Shown one piece after another: positions 63,201 to 64,000 of a stretch of DNA of 64,000 nucleotides. The DNA is taken from assembly GCA_964252035.1 (NCBI GenBank), contig OZ176202.1; one strand, given 5' to 3'. A model generated the notes under the pieces. It was not told the origin of the DNA. It was given only the letters and a program-made list of their open reading frames with translations, and did no database searches. Position 1 is the first letter of the stretch, and every line of letters begins with the position of its first letter. Position numbers and translations under genes: made by a program. The DNA comes from Podarcis erhardii. Lineage: Eukaryota.

Positions 63201-63732
63201 GTGGACCACTGGGCTGAACTTCACCGCATGTAATGCTCTGAAGGAAAATGTAATGAAAATGATATATAGATGGTACATGACCCCAGTTAAACTTGCCAAA
63301 ATATACCATTCGTCTGATAATAAATGTTGGAAATGTAAAGAAAACGAAGGAACATTCTTTCACCTCTGGTGGACATGCCCTAAGGTGAAGGTCTTCTGGG
63401 AAATGATATATAATGAGCTGAAAAAGGTATTTAAGTATACCTTTACTAAGAAACCAGAGGCCTTCCTTCTGGGTATTGTCGGCCAGAAGGTGTTAAAGAA
63501 GGACCGAACATTCTTCATGTATGCAACAACGGCAGCAAGGATACTCATCGCAAAAAACTGGAAAACTCAAGATCTACCCACACTGGAAGAGTGGCAGATG
63601 CAACTGATGGACTATATGCAACTGGCCGAGATGACTGGCAGAATCCGTGACCTGGGAGAAGAGAAGATGGAGGAAGACTGGGAGAAATTCAAGAAGTATC
63701 TACAAAAACATTGTAATTTGGTTGAATGCTAA
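60229..63732 (+). CDS. L1 ORF2p remnant (partial APE endonuclease, reverse transcriptase, C-terminal CCHC); the first ~33 codons are not ORF2
   Basis: EN motifs MGDMNG, TRIDQIW, SDHNA. RT motifs KSPGPDG, YRPISLLNVDYK, DAEKAFD, GTRQGCPISP, FADD. Also GGFALPDLKLYY and CWKC..HLWWTC. The N-terminal part of EN is missing. Confidence 0.9.
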   Translation: MCVFMKIWLHFFYERKQHQYSITSASDLKCYGCRKSEFYKKLHEIMLDYLDYNNIIMMGDMNGVVSTNMDKSQNQNVTKDGRLPKTFFEMVDNMDWIDIWRTKNPLGREGTFFSEAQLTWTRIDQIWISRGLAPKVRKVEICPKTCSDHNALKMDMTLLPTGSFRWKMNDSLFRDQEIVKKAQKTLKDYFEINMNTTVEKRTIWDASKAVMRGFLIQQNTVKKRTQNERKDKILQKIKELEKKLRSNPKSQPILREIKLYQAQYSKLINQEIEWKIKLMKQKTFESANKCGKLLAWQLKKRQKLNTVTNLEIEGRNIQNPMEIRKCFQRYFKKLYTQGPQDEVEIKQFLERNGLTKLSQKNRLILNNKITQQEIEQAIQNMQVGKSPGPDGLTSKYYKTLKDYLIQPLMEVCNEIMEGKKAPESWKEAFITLIPKSEAEKTQLKNYRPISLLNVDYKIFADILASRFKRVLNEVIHKDQAGFLPGRHMFANTRNIIDVLELLQTDINTKAVLIFIDAEKAFDNISWKFMKGNLNEMGVGRGFENGIDAIYSEQKAKLIVNNVVTEEFKIEKGTRQGCPISPLLFISVLEVLLNLIRGDRLVEGIQVGAKQYKLKAFADDLVLTLQEPESSTKRVLQLIQDFGRVAGFKLNKQKTKVLGKNLTDIESERFQRETELTMVKKVKYLGVNITAKNLSLFKDNYEKCWSEIKRDLDSWTKLKLSLLGRIAAIKMNVLPKMLFLFQTLQIVDKTECFRKWQKDISRFVWQGKKPRIKFKILTDAKERGGFALPDLKLYYEAAAFCWLKDWLLLEDTDVLDLEGFNNAFGWHAYLWYDKVKINKVFKNHIVRKAVFNVWTKYKDLLENKTPRWLSPLEAKALKRPNMEAKWPKYWEILEKDGDNWKLQSLEKMKDKVRDWLHYAQIKEVFKNDKKLGFQVEKSKLETELLEPKTKVLSRMYNLLLKWNTQDEMVKSAMIKWAQDIGHNIMFEDWERLWTTGLNFTACNALKENVMKMIYRWYMTPVKLAKIYHSSDNKCWKCKENEGTFFHLWWTCPKVKVFWEMIYNELKKVFKYTFTKKPEAFLLGIVGQKVLKKDRTFFMYATTAARILIAKNWKTQDLPTLEEWQMQLMDYMQLAEMTGRIRDLGEEKMEEDWEKFKKYLQKHCNLVEC

Positions 63733-64000
63733 GAAGGATGCTAGATTATAAAAAAACTGGCCACCACTAAATTAGATTTGAAATTTGATGATAAGTGAGA
63801 CTAAAGAAAATATAAATTTTTTTTGGAAGAAGTGCTAGATTATATTTGAATGAGTGGACATGAGATTGTAAACAAGTTGATAATTTGTTTGGAAAAAACT
63901 TTTAACGATGTAAATGGGAGCGGGAGACGTGAGGGAGCCCAAAGAAGTGATGAAATTATGTCTGTGATAGAAGTAAGACTGTTTATTATTTGTGCATTTA
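60330..64000 (+). mobile_element. Young 5'-truncated L1-clade LINE; 3' UTR runs off the window
   Basis: Uninterrupted ORF2 followed by an AT-rich 3' UTR; no ORF1 or promoter upstream. Confidence 0.95.

Noticed and set aside
60442-63548. Antisense ORFs within the L1
   Set aside because: They are shadows of the ORF2 codon structure.

Overview
Vertebrate genomic DNA, most likely a lacertid lizard (inferred from Sauria/Squam-type SINEs and the MITE and LINE repertoire). The only host gene I can support is MDGA1 on the minus strand. Its 67-nt first coding exon (METIWVLFLSLVPVYTRGQGVY, 33235-33169, donor GTAAGT) lies in a CpG island at about 31.5-36.3 kb. Positions 1-33168 are intron 1 (exon 2 not seen) and about 36.3-64 kb is upstream intergenic DNA. 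The rest is transposon-derived: SINEs, hAT and Tc1/mariner MITEs, L2, CR1, RTE, RTE-X, Gypsy remnants, three solo LTRs and a young 5'-truncated L1 with a 3.4-kb open ORF2. The most unusual observation is that two unrelated solo-LTR families each carry, in U3, a decayed reading frame for an acidic, Ser/Pro-rich peptide with a basic C-terminus. One ends in RRSARL, matching the HMGN nucleosome-binding core. MDGA1 also has an in-frame upstream ATG that would add a second signal-peptide-like segment, plus a 5-codon uORF next to the start codon. All family names come from remembered consensus sequences, not database searches, and repeat boundaries without a stated TSD are approximate.
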